Counted from the stretch's first letter, positions 1 through 10,700 are shown. The stretch: DNA of 64,000 nt from Bacteroidales bacterium (GCA_012518275.1 JAAYSS010000065.1:15995-79994); one strand, 5' to 3'. Program-made: numbers and translations. Notes: a model not told the origin generated them from the sequence alone.

Positions 1-49
1 ATGAATCATGCTTTGATAGGCTAAAACGGAAAAAATATCAAGATTAACT

Positions 50-700
50 TTATAGCTTTTCTCCATAGGCTAAATCACCTGCATCACCCAATCCCGGTAC
101 GATATAAGAATGTTCATTAAGTCCGGGGTCAATGGCTGCTGTCCACAGCGTTATATCGTCAGGATATTTTTTCATCATGTAATCAATTGCCGGCTGACTG
201 GAAATAATGGTTGCAAAAATCACCTTCCCAGGTTGCCCTTTTGTTAATAATGCCTCATAAGCCAAATCCATTGAACCGCCGGTGGCCAGCATCGGATCAG
301 TGATAATCAGTGTTTTATCATCCAGTTTAGGTGAAGCGATGTATTCAATGTAGATATCAAATTTCAACGCATCTTTGTATTTCCGATAGGCAGAAACAAA
401 CGCATTTTCAGCAAAGTCAAATACATTCAAAAATCCGTTGTGAAATGGAATTCCGGCACGAAGAATGGTCGAAATTACTATTTCTTCATCAATTTTGAGT
501 GAATCAGCTACACCGAGAGGAGTTTTTACCTTCGAAGGTCGATAATTGAGCGTTTTACTGATTTCGTAGGCCATTAATTCCCCCATTCGTTCCAAATTAC
601 GGCGGAAACGAAGGGAGTCTTTCTGAATATCGACAGAACGTATTTCTTTCATATACTGCTGAAAAATAGATGGTTCGTCGGATAAGTTGATTATTTTCAT
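50..700 (-). CDS. upp: uracil phosphoribosyltransferase
   Basis: 216-aa ORF. PRPP-binding loop LIITDPMLATGGS and C-terminal YIVPGLGDAGD signature typical of Upp. Confidence 0.92.
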   Translation of the reverse strand: MKIINLSDEPSIFQQYMKEIRSVDIQKDSLRFRRNLERMGELMAYEISKTLNYRPSKVKTPLGVADSLKIDEEIVISTILRAGIPFHNGFLNVFDFAENAFVSAYRKYKDALKFDIYIEYIASPKLDDKTLIITDPMLATGGSMDLAYEALLTKGQPGKVIFATIISSQPAIDYMMKKYPDDITLWTAAIDPGLNEHSYIVPGLGDAGDLAYGEKL

Positions 701-763
701 CTTCTAATCTGTGATTTGTTTTATTTTAAATTATTCTAATCTAAAGTGTTATAAAAGCAAGGT

Positions 764-2440
764 CTAATTTCCTATACAGTCATTATTTAAATTATCTTTC
801 TCCCGAATTTCTGTCCTCCTGATTTTACCACTGATGGTTTTTGGAAGTTCGTCAACAAACTCTACGACTCGGGGATATTTGTACGGTGCTGTTACCGATT
901 TCACGTGATCTTGAATCTCTTTTTTGAGTGCTTCTCCGGCTCGATTTTTATATTCATTGGAAAGAACAATACTCGCTTTAATCACTTGCCCGCGTATTTC
1001 GTCAGGTACGCCCGTAATAGCACATTCTACCACTGCCGGGTGTGTCATCAGCGCACATTCCACTTCAAAAGGACCAATGCGGTAGCCGCTGCTCTTTATT
1101 ACATCATCCGCACGTCCAACAAACCAGAAATAACCATCTTCATCGCGCCAAGCCAGGTCGCCGGTACAATAAATATTATTTTGATAGCACTCATCCGTCA
1201 GCTTCTGATTTCTATAATAACCTTTGAACAATCCGGTCGGATATTCCTTATCTGTTCGAATCACTATCTGCCCTTGTTCGCCGACTTCTGCCGAGCGTCC
1301 GTCTGATGTAAGTAAGTCAATGTCGTAATGCGGGTTTGGACGTCCCATCGAGCCGGGTTTCGGTTCCATCCAAGGGGTGGTAAGGATATCGAGTGTAGTT
1401 TCAGTTTGCCCGTAGCCTTCCTTCAGCTTTATTCCCGTTAATTTCAAAAACCGATTGTAAACCTCCGGATTTAATGCCTCGCCGGCGATGGTACAATATT
1501 TCAAGGAAGACAAATCATATCTTGTTAAATCCTCGCGAATAAGAAATCGGTATATGGTCGGTGGCGCACAAAGTGACGTGATTTTGTGTTTTTCAATCAT
1601 TGCGAGCATATCTGCAGGCGTAAATTTCTCAAAGTCATAGACAAAAACACATGCTCCCACAAGCCACTGACCATAAAGTTTTCCCCAAACAGCTTTTAAC
1701 CAACCGGTATCAGCAATGGTAAGGTGGAGGCTGTTTTCATTAAGATTGTGCCAATACTTTGCCGTGGTAATATGCGCCAGCGGATAAAGGTAATCCAACG
1801 CAGCCATTTTTGGGTTTCCGGAAGTTCCTGATGTGAAACTCATCAACATAATATCTTCGTTTTTGTTCACATTCGGCATGGGAATGAACTCAGGTGCATC
1901 CTTAATTCCTTGTTGAAAATCGTGCCATCCAGCGGGGACTTCCGGACCAACGGAAATTAGATGTTCTACGCTGGGAGATTCTGAAAGAGAATCATTTATG
2001 TGCGTGATTATCGGCTCTTCGCCTGCAGCAATAATGGCTTTAATATCGGCAGAATTATTCCGATAAATCAAATCTTTCTTTGTCAATAAATGGGTGGCAG
2101 GGATGATAATAATCCCAAGTTTGTGAAGGGCAACAATCGTAAACCAAAATTCAATGCGACGTTTCAAGATAGCCATCACAATATCACCTTTTTTCAATCC
2201 GAGCGACTGAAAAAACGAAGCAGTTTGGTCTGAGTACTTTTTTAAGTCGCTAAAAGTCAATTCTCGATAAATACCATGGTCATTTGTCCACTTCAGTGCA
2301 ATTTTGTTTGGTGAAATCTTTGCCCATTCATCTACTACATCATAGGCAAAGTTAAAACGGTCAGGAATAATTATCTTGTAGTTTTCTTCAAAGTCTTTTT
2401 GGCTTGTAAATTCTGTTTGTTGTAAGTATTTTTCTATCAT
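764..2440 (-). CDS. AMP-forming acyl-CoA synthetase (medium-chain/ACSM-like adenylate-forming enzyme)
   Basis: 558 aa. AMP-binding signature FTSGTSGNPKMA, GYGQTET, TGDLAWRDEDGYFWFVGRADDVIKSSGYRIGPFEVE, and C-terminal ISGKIRR. Confidence 0.88.
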   Translation of the reverse strand: MIEKYLQQTEFTSQKDFEENYKIIIPDRFNFAYDVVDEWAKISPNKIALKWTNDHGIYRELTFSDLKKYSDQTASFFQSLGLKKGDIVMAILKRRIEFWFTIVALHKLGIIIIPATHLLTKKDLIYRNNSADIKAIIAAGEEPIITHINDSLSESPSVEHLISVGPEVPAGWHDFQQGIKDAPEFIPMPNVNKNEDIMLMSFTSGTSGNPKMAALDYLYPLAHITTAKYWHNLNENSLHLTIADTGWLKAVWGKLYGQWLVGACVFVYDFEKFTPADMLAMIEKHKITSLCAPPTIYRFLIREDLTRYDLSSLKYCTIAGEALNPEVYNRFLKLTGIKLKEGYGQTETTLDILTTPWMEPKPGSMGRPNPHYDIDLLTSDGRSAEVGEQGQIVIRTDKEYPTGLFKGYYRNQKLTDECYQNNIYCTGDLAWRDEDGYFWFVGRADDVIKSSGYRIGPFEVECALMTHPAVVECAITGVPDEIRGQVIKASIVLSNEYKNRAGEALKKEIQDHVKSVTAPYKYPRVVEFVDELPKTISGKIRRTEIREKDNLNNDCIGN

Positions 2441-2489
2441 CGTCCGGACTGTAATTTTTAATTCTATTTTTCGTGTCTTGTATATCTTA

Positions 2490-3044
2490 TCAAACTATCA
2501 TTGCCAAAAAAACCACTTTTTCTCCGCCTAATGCTTTCATTCCGTGTGGTTTATTTGCGTCAAAATAAATGCTGTCACCCTCGTTTAGCACAAGTTCATT
2601 GCCTGCAATATGCATCTGCATGGAACCTTGCAGCACAAGGTTGAACTCCTGTCCTTGGTGTGTGTTAAGTGTAATCGGATTATTATTAGGTTCCACAGTA
2701 ACCTCGAAGATTTCGGCACGATTGCCCACAAATCCGGACCCCAGAGCTTGGTATTTATAGGCTTTTCTCCGTTCTACATTGACTCCTTTTCCTTTGCGGG
2801 TAACGAAAAAAGCTTGTGCCCGAGCGCTATCACCTGTTAGGAGTTCAACAGTGTCTATTCCAAAAGTTTGAGCAACGGTAAACAAAAAATTCATGGGAAT
2901 ATCTGAGTTTCCACTCTCCCACTTTTCATAATCTTCTGCCGAGACATTACACTTTTGAGCAAATTCATTTACAGACAACTCCAAAGCCTCACGTAATCCA
3001 CGTAATCGTTCGGCAATTTGTTCTATTTGATAATTCATGGTCAT
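2490..3044 (-). CDS. XRE-family HTH transcriptional regulator with C-terminal cupin domain
   Basis: 184 aa. N-terminal HTH segment (LSVNEFAQKCNVSAEDYEKWESG) followed by a cupin barrel (GDSIYFDANKPHG). The start overlaps the stop of the upstream gene (TAATG on the minus strand). Confidence 0.8.
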   Translation of the reverse strand: MTMNYQIEQIAERLRGLREALELSVNEFAQKCNVSAEDYEKWESGNSDIPMNFLFTVAQTFGIDTVELLTGDSARAQAFFVTRKGKGVNVERRKAYKYQALGSGFVGNRAEIFEVTVEPNNNPITLNTHQGQEFNLVLQGSMQMHIAGNELVLNEGDSIYFDANKPHGMKALGGEKVVFLAMIV

Positions 3045-3661
3045 TAGGATATAAGTTTATAGATTATGGCAGAAAGGAAAACCGTGATAGCACTTAAGCT
3101 GAATCCGCCGATAACTTGTGAAAGAGTATGTGCTTTAAGATAGATTCGGGAAATAGCTACCAGTCCGGAAACAACAAGAGAGATAATAATAAGCATTAGC
3201 GGATTAATTTGTGCCAAATAAGATACAGCAAAAATACTTCCGACAAATCCGCCCATTCCAGCTGCATGAGCGCTGATTTTCCATTTCAAGTTAATGAAGA
3301 CAATCAAGAATAGCGAAACTATCGAACCGATTGCTACAGCAATCAATTCAAAAGGGAAATTAAGCGTACGCCAAAGGAAAAGCACCCAAAACACGCAAGC
3401 AAGCAGTGAGAAGAGGTAGGGCATCGTTCTTTCCTCACGCCGTGAAATAAACAGATCTTTTACCTGTCCTCTACGCATCATAAGGAGTATGGGTAGTGCA
3501 GGAAGAATTCCTGTAAAAAGTGCTGTACCTACAATGGATAGTACTCGATATGAAGAACCTAATAATTGGAAAAGAGGAAGTTGCATCAGCAGTATCATAC
3601 CGATCGTAGGCATTACAAGAGGCTGAAAAACGTAGGATACAATTTTAAGGAATACTCTCAT
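3044..3661 (-). CDS. PAP2-superfamily-like integral membrane protein (putative lipid phosphatase)
   Basis: 205 aa with about six hydrophobic helices. SAHAAG and SRIYLKAHTLSQV resemble PAP2 motifs C2 and C3, but the final Asp is not conserved. Confidence 0.5.
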   Translation of the reverse strand: MRVFLKIVSYVFQPLVMPTIGMILLMQLPLFQLLGSSYRVLSIVGTALFTGILPALPILLMMRRGQVKDLFISRREERTMPYLFSLLACVFWVLFLWRTLNFPFELIAVAIGSIVSLFLIVFINLKWKISAHAAGMGGFVGSIFAVSYLAQINPLMLIIISLVVSGLVAISRIYLKAHTLSQVIGGFSLSAITVFLSAIIYKLIS

Positions 3662-3731
3662 TCACATGTTATTGAGTGTGATATTGTTGTAAAACATATT
3701 CAACTAACTCTGTTATCAGTTATTCGAATTT

Positions 3732-5189
3732 TTAAATTTCTTTTCTGAGTCTCGCCACAGGGATATTCAGCTGTTCGCGGTACTTGGCTGCGGTTCGGCG
3801 CGCTATCAAATAACCACGCTCTTTCAAAGCTTTCACCAGTTTATCATCGTTTAGCGGGTTACGTTTGTCTTCATTATCAATCACATCTTGCATCACTTTT
3901 TTGATTTCACGTGTAGAAATTTCCTCTCCAGATTTGTTAATCATGGATTCTGAGAAGAAATATTTCACAGGGAAAACACCAAATTCAGTTTGTACATATT
4001 TGCTATTGCTGACCCGCGAAATAGTTGAAATATCGTATCCCGTTATGTCTGCAATATCTTTCAGTACCATCGGTCTGAGAAAAGTTTCATCTCCTTCAAG
4101 GAAAAATTCTTTTTGGAAATTGACTATAGCAGTCATTGTTGAAAGAAGAGTTTGCTGTCGTTGTTTGATAGCATCTATAAACCAGCGTGCAGCATCAATT
4201 TTCTGTTTCACAAACATAACCGCATTTTTCATCTCACGTGTTTGATTTGATTTATTGCTAGAATAATCTTCAAACATATTGTTGTATGTACTGCTAATCC
4301 GAAGCTCCGGTACGTTGGAATTATTTAGCCGAACAGAAAGTGTCTCTTCATCATTTTCCACAATAAAATCGGGAATAATTATCGAAAACGTTTTTTCCAA
4401 CACATTACCGCCCCAAGCGTTTCCCGGTTTCGGATTCAACTTTGTAATCTCAGAAAGCGCATCTTTAAGGCTCTCTTCTGTAAGATCCATTCCACGGATG
4501 ATTTTGTCGTAATGTTTTTTGGAAAATTCTTCAAAAAAATCATTCACAATTATGCGAGCATGTTTTACTGTTTCGGTAAGCTCTTTTCGATCCAATTGAA
4601 GCGCGAGACATTCTTGTAAATTCTCGGCACCTACACCCGCGGGCTCAAGTTCTTGCACTTTCTTAATCAAAGACTGCATTTCCTCATCGCTTGTTTCTAC
4701 ACCGGCTTGAAAAATAAGGTCGTCAACCATTGATTCTGCATCACGACGAAGATAACCTTCTTCATCGATATTCCCGATAATGTATTCTACGAGTTTGCGT
4801 TGTCTCTCATTTAGGCGTAGAAGTCCTACTTGCCTGGTCAAATATTCATGAAAAGTGGAGCCGACTGAAAACGGAATGTCTTCGTGCTTATCGTCGCGGG
4901 ATGTGTTGTTTGCATATAGCTTATAATCAGGAGTATCATCATCAGACATATAATCATCGAGATCAATATCGCTATCATAATCATCAACATCATCATGCTC
5001 AGAATTATCCATGTCATCCGATGGGTGTTCGGGTATTTCAGCTCCTTCTTCCAAAGCCGGATTTTCCTCAAGCTCCTGACGAATGCGCTCTTCCAACTCT
5101 AAAGTTGGAATCTCAAGCATTTTAATCACCTGAATCTGAGCCGGTGATAGCTTTTGTTGAAGTTTTTGCTGTAATTGTTGTTTTAACAT
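3732..5189 (-). CDS. rpoN: RNA polymerase sigma-54 factor
   Basis: 485 aa. Gln/Leu-rich region I (LQQKLQQKLSPAQIQ), acidic region II, and C-terminal RpoN box ARRTAAKYREQLNIP. Confidence 0.93.
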   Translation of the reverse strand: MLKQQLQQKLQQKLSPAQIQVIKMLEIPTLELEERIRQELEENPALEEGAEIPEHPSDDMDNSEHDDVDDYDSDIDLDDYMSDDDTPDYKLYANNTSRDDKHEDIPFSVGSTFHEYLTRQVGLLRLNERQRKLVEYIIGNIDEEGYLRRDAESMVDDLIFQAGVETSDEEMQSLIKKVQELEPAGVGAENLQECLALQLDRKELTETVKHARIIVNDFFEEFSKKHYDKIIRGMDLTEESLKDALSEITKLNPKPGNAWGGNVLEKTFSIIIPDFIVENDEETLSVRLNNSNVPELRISSTYNNMFEDYSSNKSNQTREMKNAVMFVKQKIDAARWFIDAIKQRQQTLLSTMTAIVNFQKEFFLEGDETFLRPMVLKDIADITGYDISTISRVSNSKYVQTEFGVFPVKYFFSESMINKSGEEISTREIKKVMQDVIDNEDKRNPLNDDKLVKALKERGYLIARRTAAKYREQLNIPVARLRKEI

Positions 5190-5261
5190 TTTTATGATAA
5201 CAAGGCTAAAGGTAAACAGGTTAACGTGATATTTCTCAAATGTTGATCCGATTATATTCTA

Positions 5262-5269
5262 CAAAGATA
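5262..5269 (-). promoter_or_regulatory. Bacteroidota -7 promoter motif (TAnnTTTG) upstream of rpoN
   Basis: TATCTTTG on the minus strand, about 70 nt upstream of the rpoN ATG. Confidence 0.35.
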
Positions 5270-5368
5270 CATTTTTTCATTGAAAATGAATGTTTGAATG
5301 CAAATATAAAAATAAATCTGTAATATCTGAAAGTTAAATTAATAATTGTAACACAGAATAAAAATATT

Positions 5369-7825
5369 CTACATGGGATCCACGTCCAAGCTGATACGTA
5401 TAGACTTGAAACCTTCCGTAGCAAGAATGGTGTCGGCAATGCTTTGCAGGTATTTTTTAGCTTGGTTGGGTGAAATTTTATTTTCAAGTTTCAGTAGAAT
5501 ATTTTTAATGTAAAAATTCTGAATCCGTCCTATCATTGGGATATTTGGACCCATAACCCTTTTTCCGAAAATTTTTACCATTTCCGAAGCCATTTGGCGG
5601 GCAGCTTTATCCACTACTTTTGCGTTGCGATGTCTCAACGTAATTTCAATCAGTCTAAAATAGGGCGGATACCTGAATTGCTTCCGCTCGGTTAACTGTG
5701 TTCTAAACATAGTAAAATAATCATTTTTAATCACTTGCTTAATAATCGGATGATTGGGGTTTGAAGTTTGGAGCACTACGATACCGCGCTTGTACTTTCT
5801 GCCAGCACGACCGCTTACCTGCGCCATCAGCTGATATGCTCTCTCGTGTGAGCGGAAATCGGGAAAATTAAGCATATTATCGGCATTCAAAATTCCGACT
5901 AAGCTTACTCTTTCAAAATCAAGCCCTTTGGTGACCATTTGTGTGCCGACTAAAATGTCAATTCTCCCATTTTCAAAATCGCTGATGATTTTTTCTAAGG
6001 ATTTTTTACCACGTGTGGTATCAAAGTCCATCCGAGTTGTTTTTGCTTTCGGGAAAAAATCGCGGATTTCCTGTTCGATTTTTTCTGTTCCAAATCCTTT
6101 GTTTTCCAGATTTGGCGTGTTGCATACGGGACATATTCCTGGAAGACTTTCCGTATGTCCACAATAATGGCAAGTGAGTTTGTTCAGGTATTTATGGACG
6201 GTCAGGCTCACATCGCAATTTTTGCATTTCGGTACGTAGGCACAACCTTTACATTCCAAATAGGGAGCATAACCACGCCGATTTTGAAATAAAATTACCT
6301 GCTCATTGGCGGTTAGCGCCTCGTTGATTTTTTGCATCAGCAGCGGAGTAAAATGTCCTTGCATCTGTTTTTTTCGATAGGCTTCTTTCGTATTTGCAAC
6401 AAGTATTTCAGGCAGTTCTATTTCCTTGAATCGGGTGTTGATTTCCACAAAACCATATTTCCCGGTCTGAGCATTGAAATAGCTTTCAATTGATGGCGTG
6501 GCAGTACCGAGAAGCGTTTTTGCTCCGTGCATTTGAGCAAGTACGATCGCGGCGTTCCGAGCGTGATAGCGTGGTGCCGGGTCAAACTGTTTGTAGCTGG
6601 TTTCGTGTTCTTCATCCACGATAACCAATCCCAGTTGTCGGAAAGGAAGAAAAACAGAAGATCGGACACCGACAATCACTTCGTAACCTTTGCCATTCAG
6701 TAGGTTATCCCAGATTTCAACTCGCTCTGCATCTGAAAATTTGGAGTGATAAACCCCTAATTTATTCCCAAAAACTAACTTTAAACGGGATGTGAGTTGT
6801 GTGGTAAGAGCGATTTCAGGTACCAGATATAGTGCTTGCTTTTTCTCGGTTAATGTTTTTTGAATCATGTGGATATAAATCTCGGTTTTGCCGCTTGAAG
6901 TTACCCCATGAAGTAAAACGACCTGTTTTTCAGTAAACTGTCGGTAAATTTCGTTCATGGCTTTCTGCTGAAATTCGACAAGGGGAAAAGGGTCTTCAGT
7001 TTTTACTACAGAAAGATCAAGCCTTCCAATTTCTTTTTTGTAAGATTCCAGAATGCCTTTTTCAATCAATCCGTTCAAAACACTTGTGGAAACGCCTGAT
7101 TTTTCAAGAAGTTCTTTTTTGGAAACTTCTACCGTATTTTTCTTGGAAAGGGCCTTGGATAAGTCCAAATATTTCATCAACATTTCGAGTTGTTTCTGGG
7201 CTTTGCTTAACTCATCAAATATTTCTTTCAGTCGGCTTTCGTAAGCTGCTTCTTCGGTGAGCCTGACATAAGTTTCGGTCTTTATTTTATATTTTTCGGT
7301 CAGTTCTTCGCTCACTTCCACAGCCCCTTTTTCCATGAGCAACTTTACCAACGGCATTACGTCAGTGATTTCCGTATCTTTAGTTAATTCAGCAACATTC
7401 TTAATTTTTCCATCGGACAGCGCATCCAAAATCCTAAACTCTTTTTCGCTCATCTCCGTTTCTTCTTCGTAGTCGGCATTGATTCTTACTTGGGTTTCAC
7501 TTTCGAGTTTTAATCCAGAAGGCACGGCAGCGCGGTACACATCACCGATGTAGGCTTGATAATAATTACTAATCCACTCCCAAAATTTCAGTTGCGGGTA
7601 TCTCAATATCGGTTTCTCATCCAACACGTAGATGATTTCTTTTGCTTTGTAAAGTGTGGGTGCATTGCTATGAATCAGGCTGACGATGGCGGTGTACATT
7701 TTCTTTTTCCCGAAAGGGACAATTACGCGCATCCCGATTTGAACGGATTTGCTCCATTCGTCGGGAACGCTGTATGTGAAAGTGTTCCCAAGTGGAAGTG
7801 GGAGTATGACTTCAATGTACTTCAT
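5369..7825 (-). CDS. priA: primosomal replication-restart helicase PriA
   Basis: 818 aa. Walker A GVTSSGKTE, VDEEHETSYKQ box, and a Cys-rich zinc insert (CKGC..CKNC..CHYC..CPVC). Confidence 0.93.
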   Translation of the reverse strand: MKYIEVILPLPLGNTFTYSVPDEWSKSVQIGMRVIVPFGKKKMYTAIVSLIHSNAPTLYKAKEIIYVLDEKPILRYPQLKFWEWISNYYQAYIGDVYRAAVPSGLKLESETQVRINADYEEETEMSEKEFRILDALSDGKIKNVAELTKDTEITDVMPLVKLLMEKGAVEVSEELTEKYKIKTETYVRLTEEAAYESRLKEIFDELSKAQKQLEMLMKYLDLSKALSKKNTVEVSKKELLEKSGVSTSVLNGLIEKGILESYKKEIGRLDLSVVKTEDPFPLVEFQQKAMNEIYRQFTEKQVVLLHGVTSSGKTEIYIHMIQKTLTEKKQALYLVPEIALTTQLTSRLKLVFGNKLGVYHSKFSDAERVEIWDNLLNGKGYEVIVGVRSSVFLPFRQLGLVIVDEEHETSYKQFDPAPRYHARNAAIVLAQMHGAKTLLGTATPSIESYFNAQTGKYGFVEINTRFKEIELPEILVANTKEAYRKKQMQGHFTPLLMQKINEALTANEQVILFQNRRGYAPYLECKGCAYVPKCKNCDVSLTVHKYLNKLTCHYCGHTESLPGICPVCNTPNLENKGFGTEKIEQEIRDFFPKAKTTRMDFDTTRGKKSLEKIISDFENGRIDILVGTQMVTKGLDFERVSLVGILNADNMLNFPDFRSHERAYQLMAQVSGRAGRKYKRGIVVLQTSNPNHPIIKQVIKNDYFTMFRTQLTERKQFRYPPYFRLIEITLRHRNAKVVDKAARQMASEMVKIFGKRVMGPNIPMIGRIQNFYIKNILLKLENKISPNQAKKYLQSIADTILATEGFKSIRISLDVDPM

Positions 7826-7938
7826 TTCGAATAAAAACTAAAAACTTATGTATTTTTTGTATGTTTGTAGAAAATTTCTCTGTGTCAACTACAAACTTAC
7901 AAATTCAAATTGAAATATAAGTTTAAAAATCAATAATA

Positions 7939-8475
7939 ATGAATCCGATAGGAATTATTGAAAAGTATTACGACCCGAAAAGCGAGCTGTTCAGGATTTT
8001 GATAATTCACAGCAGTCAAGTTAGAGATAAAGCACTTGATGTTATTGGAAAGCACCCAGAATTCGCTGCTGATGCTCAATTTGTAAGTGAAGCTGCCATG
8101 CTTCACGATATCGGTATTTTTTTGACAGATGCTCCTAAAATTAAGTGTTTCGGGACACATGCGTACGTGGAACATGGGTATTTAGGCGCAAATATTGTTC
8201 GCAAGGAAGGTTACGAAAAACATGCACTGGTGTGTGAGCGGCATACGGGCTTGGGCTTGACAGTGGAACAGATTGTAAAACAGAATTTGCCTGTTCCACA
8301 TAGAGAAATGGTTCCTTTATCCATTGAAGAAAAAATAATTTGTTATGCTGATAAATTTTTTTCAAAGTCGAATTTGAAAAAGGAATTGAAGGTTAAGAAA
8401 ATCTTGAAAAATTTAAAGAAATATGATCCATCTCATGGGTCGCTTTTCTTGGAATGGCATGAGAAATTTAAATAG
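7939..8475 (+). CDS. HD/HDIG-domain phosphohydrolase
   Basis: 178 aa. HD dyad in AAMLHDIGIF plus downstream conserved His residues (VEHGYLG, CERHTG). Confidence 0.7.
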   Translation: MNPIGIIEKYYDPKSELFRILIIHSSQVRDKALDVIGKHPEFAADAQFVSEAAMLHDIGIFLTDAPKIKCFGTHAYVEHGYLGANIVRKEGYEKHALVCERHTGLGLTVEQIVKQNLPVPHREMVPLSIEEKIICYADKFFSKSNLKKELKVKKILKNLKKYDPSHGSLFLEWHEKFK

Positions 8476-8501
8476 TGCTTTTTCAAGGAGATTCTTATTC
8501 T

Positions 8502-8544
8502 AAAAACAGAGGCAAAGCATCAATTGATGCTTTGCCTCTGTTTT
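8502..8544. terminator. bidirectional rho-independent terminator (HD gene / dcp)
   Basis: A-run, then the perfect palindrome ACAGAGGCAAAGCATCAATTGATGCTTTGCCTCTGT, then a T-run. It lies between convergent genes. Confidence 0.85.
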
Positions 8545-8560
8545 GAAAAATTATTTTTCC

Positions 8561-10651
8561 CTATTTTATCCCGTGCCTTGTAAGCAGTGCATTGATATCG
8601 GGTTCTTTTCCACGGAAGCGTTTGTAAAGTACCATTGGATGCTCGCTGCCACCTTTTTCAAGGATGTTGATACGGAAGCTATCGGCAGTCTTTTTATCAA
8701 AAATACCTTTTTCCTGAAATACAGAAAACGCATCAGCATCAAGCACTTCTGCCCACTTATAACTGTAATATCCGGCAGCGTATCCGCCTGAGAAAATGTG
8801 GCTGAAAGTCGGGCTCATTGCCGTATTTTCTACAACGGGAAGTATTTGGGTTTTAGCCATAGCTTCTTTTTCAAAGGTAATCGGGTCGCCATTAAATGGT
8901 TTTTCAAGCGTGTGCCAAGCCATATCCAAAAATCCGAAACTCAATTGACGAAGTGTGAAATAAGCTGTGTTGAAATTTTGGGCGTCTTTAATTTTTTGAA
9001 TGAGTTCAGCAGGCATTTTTTCGCCGGTTTCGTAGTGAACGGCAAATTGGTCCAAGAATTCTTTTTCTACAGCCCAGTTTTCCATAATTTGCGACGGAAG
9101 TTCTACAAAGTCACGATAAACACTTGTTCCTGAGAGGCTTGAATAAGTTGAGTTTGCTAACATTCCGTGCAATGCATGTCCAAATTCGTGGAGCATCGTT
9201 GTAACTTCGTTAAATGTGAGCAGCGCTGGTTTGGTTACAGTCGGGCGTGTGAAATTCATCACGTTGGTAATGTGTGGGCGGCTGTCTTTTTTACCATCTT
9301 TCCATTGGTCTTTCGTGCTACTCATCCAAGCTCCTGCACGCTTCCCGTCGCGCGGATGGTAGTCGGTGTAAAGCACTGCTACGAATCTACCTTTATTATC
9401 AGTTACATCATAAGCTTTCACTTCGGGATGATAAACCTGAATGTTCGGATTTTCTTTGAAATTCAGTCCGTAAAGCTTGTTTGAAAGCCAAAACACACCC
9501 TGTTTTACTCTTTCAAGCTCGAAATAGGGCTTCAGCATCTCGTCGTTCAAGTTGAATTTTTCGGCTTTCAATTTTTCGGAATAATATGCCCAGTCCCAAG
9601 GTTGAACTTTGAAATAAGCTCCGTTTTTATCGGCAAAAGCCTGAACTTCGGCATATTCTTTTTCAGCGGTTGGCTTGTAGGCATTCAGCAGGTTATTCAA
9701 TAATTCGTAAACATTTTCTGAATTTTCAGCCATTCTTTTTTGTAGCACGTGTTCGGCGTAATTTTTCTGTCCGAGAAGTTTAGCTATTTCAAGGCGCAGA
9801 TTGGCAATCTTCTTGATGTTTTCCCGATTGTCGAACTCACCGCCAACTAAGCATTTTGTGGAATTTGCCATATAAAGCTCGCGGCGCAAATCGCGGTTGT
9901 CGGCATATTTCATAACCGGAATAGTGCTCGTAGCTTTCAGATTGATTAGCCAGCCTTCTTTTCCGGCTTTTTTAGCATTTTCTGCAAGCATATCCATTAC
10001 GTCGTCCGGCAGCCCTTTCAGCGTTTCCTTGTTGGTAATGAGCATTTCGTATTTGTTGGTTTCTTTCAAAACATTCTGCCCAAAAGTAAGCGTGAGCAAG
10101 CTGAGTTCCTTTGAAAGTTCACGGTATTTGGCTTTGTCGGCATCTGAAAGATTGGCACCGTTGTCAGCAAAACCGGTATAGGTTTCGGTAAGAAGCGTCA
10201 TTTGCTCAGGTGTTAATTTCAACTTGTCTTTTTTGTCATAAACAGCCTTGATACGAGCGAATAACTTATCATTCAAGCGGATGTAATTGCTATGTTCACT
10301 CAATTTAGGTGATAAATCTTGTGCGATTTTTTGCAAATCATCGTTGGTCTCTGCCCCTAAAAGTGCGTAAAAAGGAGCTGCTACCTTGGAAAGCAATCTT
10401 CCGGATTTGTCAAGCGCTTCGATTGTATTTGCAAAAGTCGGAGCTTTCGGATTGTTTATAATGGCTTTAATTTCAGCCTTATGAACTTTCATCGCTTCAT
10501 CAAAAGCCGGTGCAAAATGTTCGATTTTCAGCTCGTTGAAAGGAACAGTTTGATGTGGGGTTTTATATTCTCTGAGAAGTGGATTTGCAGCAAATGTGGC
10601 GGCAGAAATCATCATAACGATCATAAATACTATTGTTTTATTTCTTAACAT
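8561..10651 (-). CDS. dcp: secreted M3-family peptidyl-dipeptidase (Dcp-like)
   Basis: 696 aa. N-terminal signal peptide, zinc motif HEFGH (MLHEFGHALHG), and M3A-like length and layout. Confidence 0.85.
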   Translation of the reverse strand: MLRNKTIVFMIVMMISAATFAANPLLREYKTPHQTVPFNELKIEHFAPAFDEAMKVHKAEIKAIINNPKAPTFANTIEALDKSGRLLSKVAAPFYALLGAETNDDLQKIAQDLSPKLSEHSNYIRLNDKLFARIKAVYDKKDKLKLTPEQMTLLTETYTGFADNGANLSDADKAKYRELSKELSLLTLTFGQNVLKETNKYEMLITNKETLKGLPDDVMDMLAENAKKAGKEGWLINLKATSTIPVMKYADNRDLRRELYMANSTKCLVGGEFDNRENIKKIANLRLEIAKLLGQKNYAEHVLQKRMAENSENVYELLNNLLNAYKPTAEKEYAEVQAFADKNGAYFKVQPWDWAYYSEKLKAEKFNLNDEMLKPYFELERVKQGVFWLSNKLYGLNFKENPNIQVYHPEVKAYDVTDNKGRFVAVLYTDYHPRDGKRAGAWMSSTKDQWKDGKKDSRPHITNVMNFTRPTVTKPALLTFNEVTTMLHEFGHALHGMLANSTYSSLSGTSVYRDFVELPSQIMENWAVEKEFLDQFAVHYETGEKMPAELIQKIKDAQNFNTAYFTLRQLSFGFLDMAWHTLEKPFNGDPITFEKEAMAKTQILPVVENTAMSPTFSHIFSGGYAAGYYSYKWAEVLDADAFSVFQEKGIFDKKTADSFRINILEKGGSEHPMVLYKRFRGKEPDINALLTRHGIK

Positions 10652-10700
10652 TGTTTGTTTTTTTTGAATTTTTAGATGATAAATTAATTTTTCAAAGGGA

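Noticed and set aside
4838-5125. Acidic low-complexity tract in RpoN (DDMDNSEHDDVDDYDSDIDLDDYMSDDD), which spawns alternative-frame ORFs on both strands.
   Set aside because: An acidic region II is a normal feature of sigma-54. The overlapping ORFs are artefacts of the GAT/GAC-rich repeat.
5236-5487. An 83-aa ORF spanning the rpoN-priA intergenic region.
   Set aside because: It overlaps the 3' end of priA in another frame. Its product is Phe/Ile/Lys-rich, as expected from translating AT-rich DNA. The region is better explained as the rpoN promoter.
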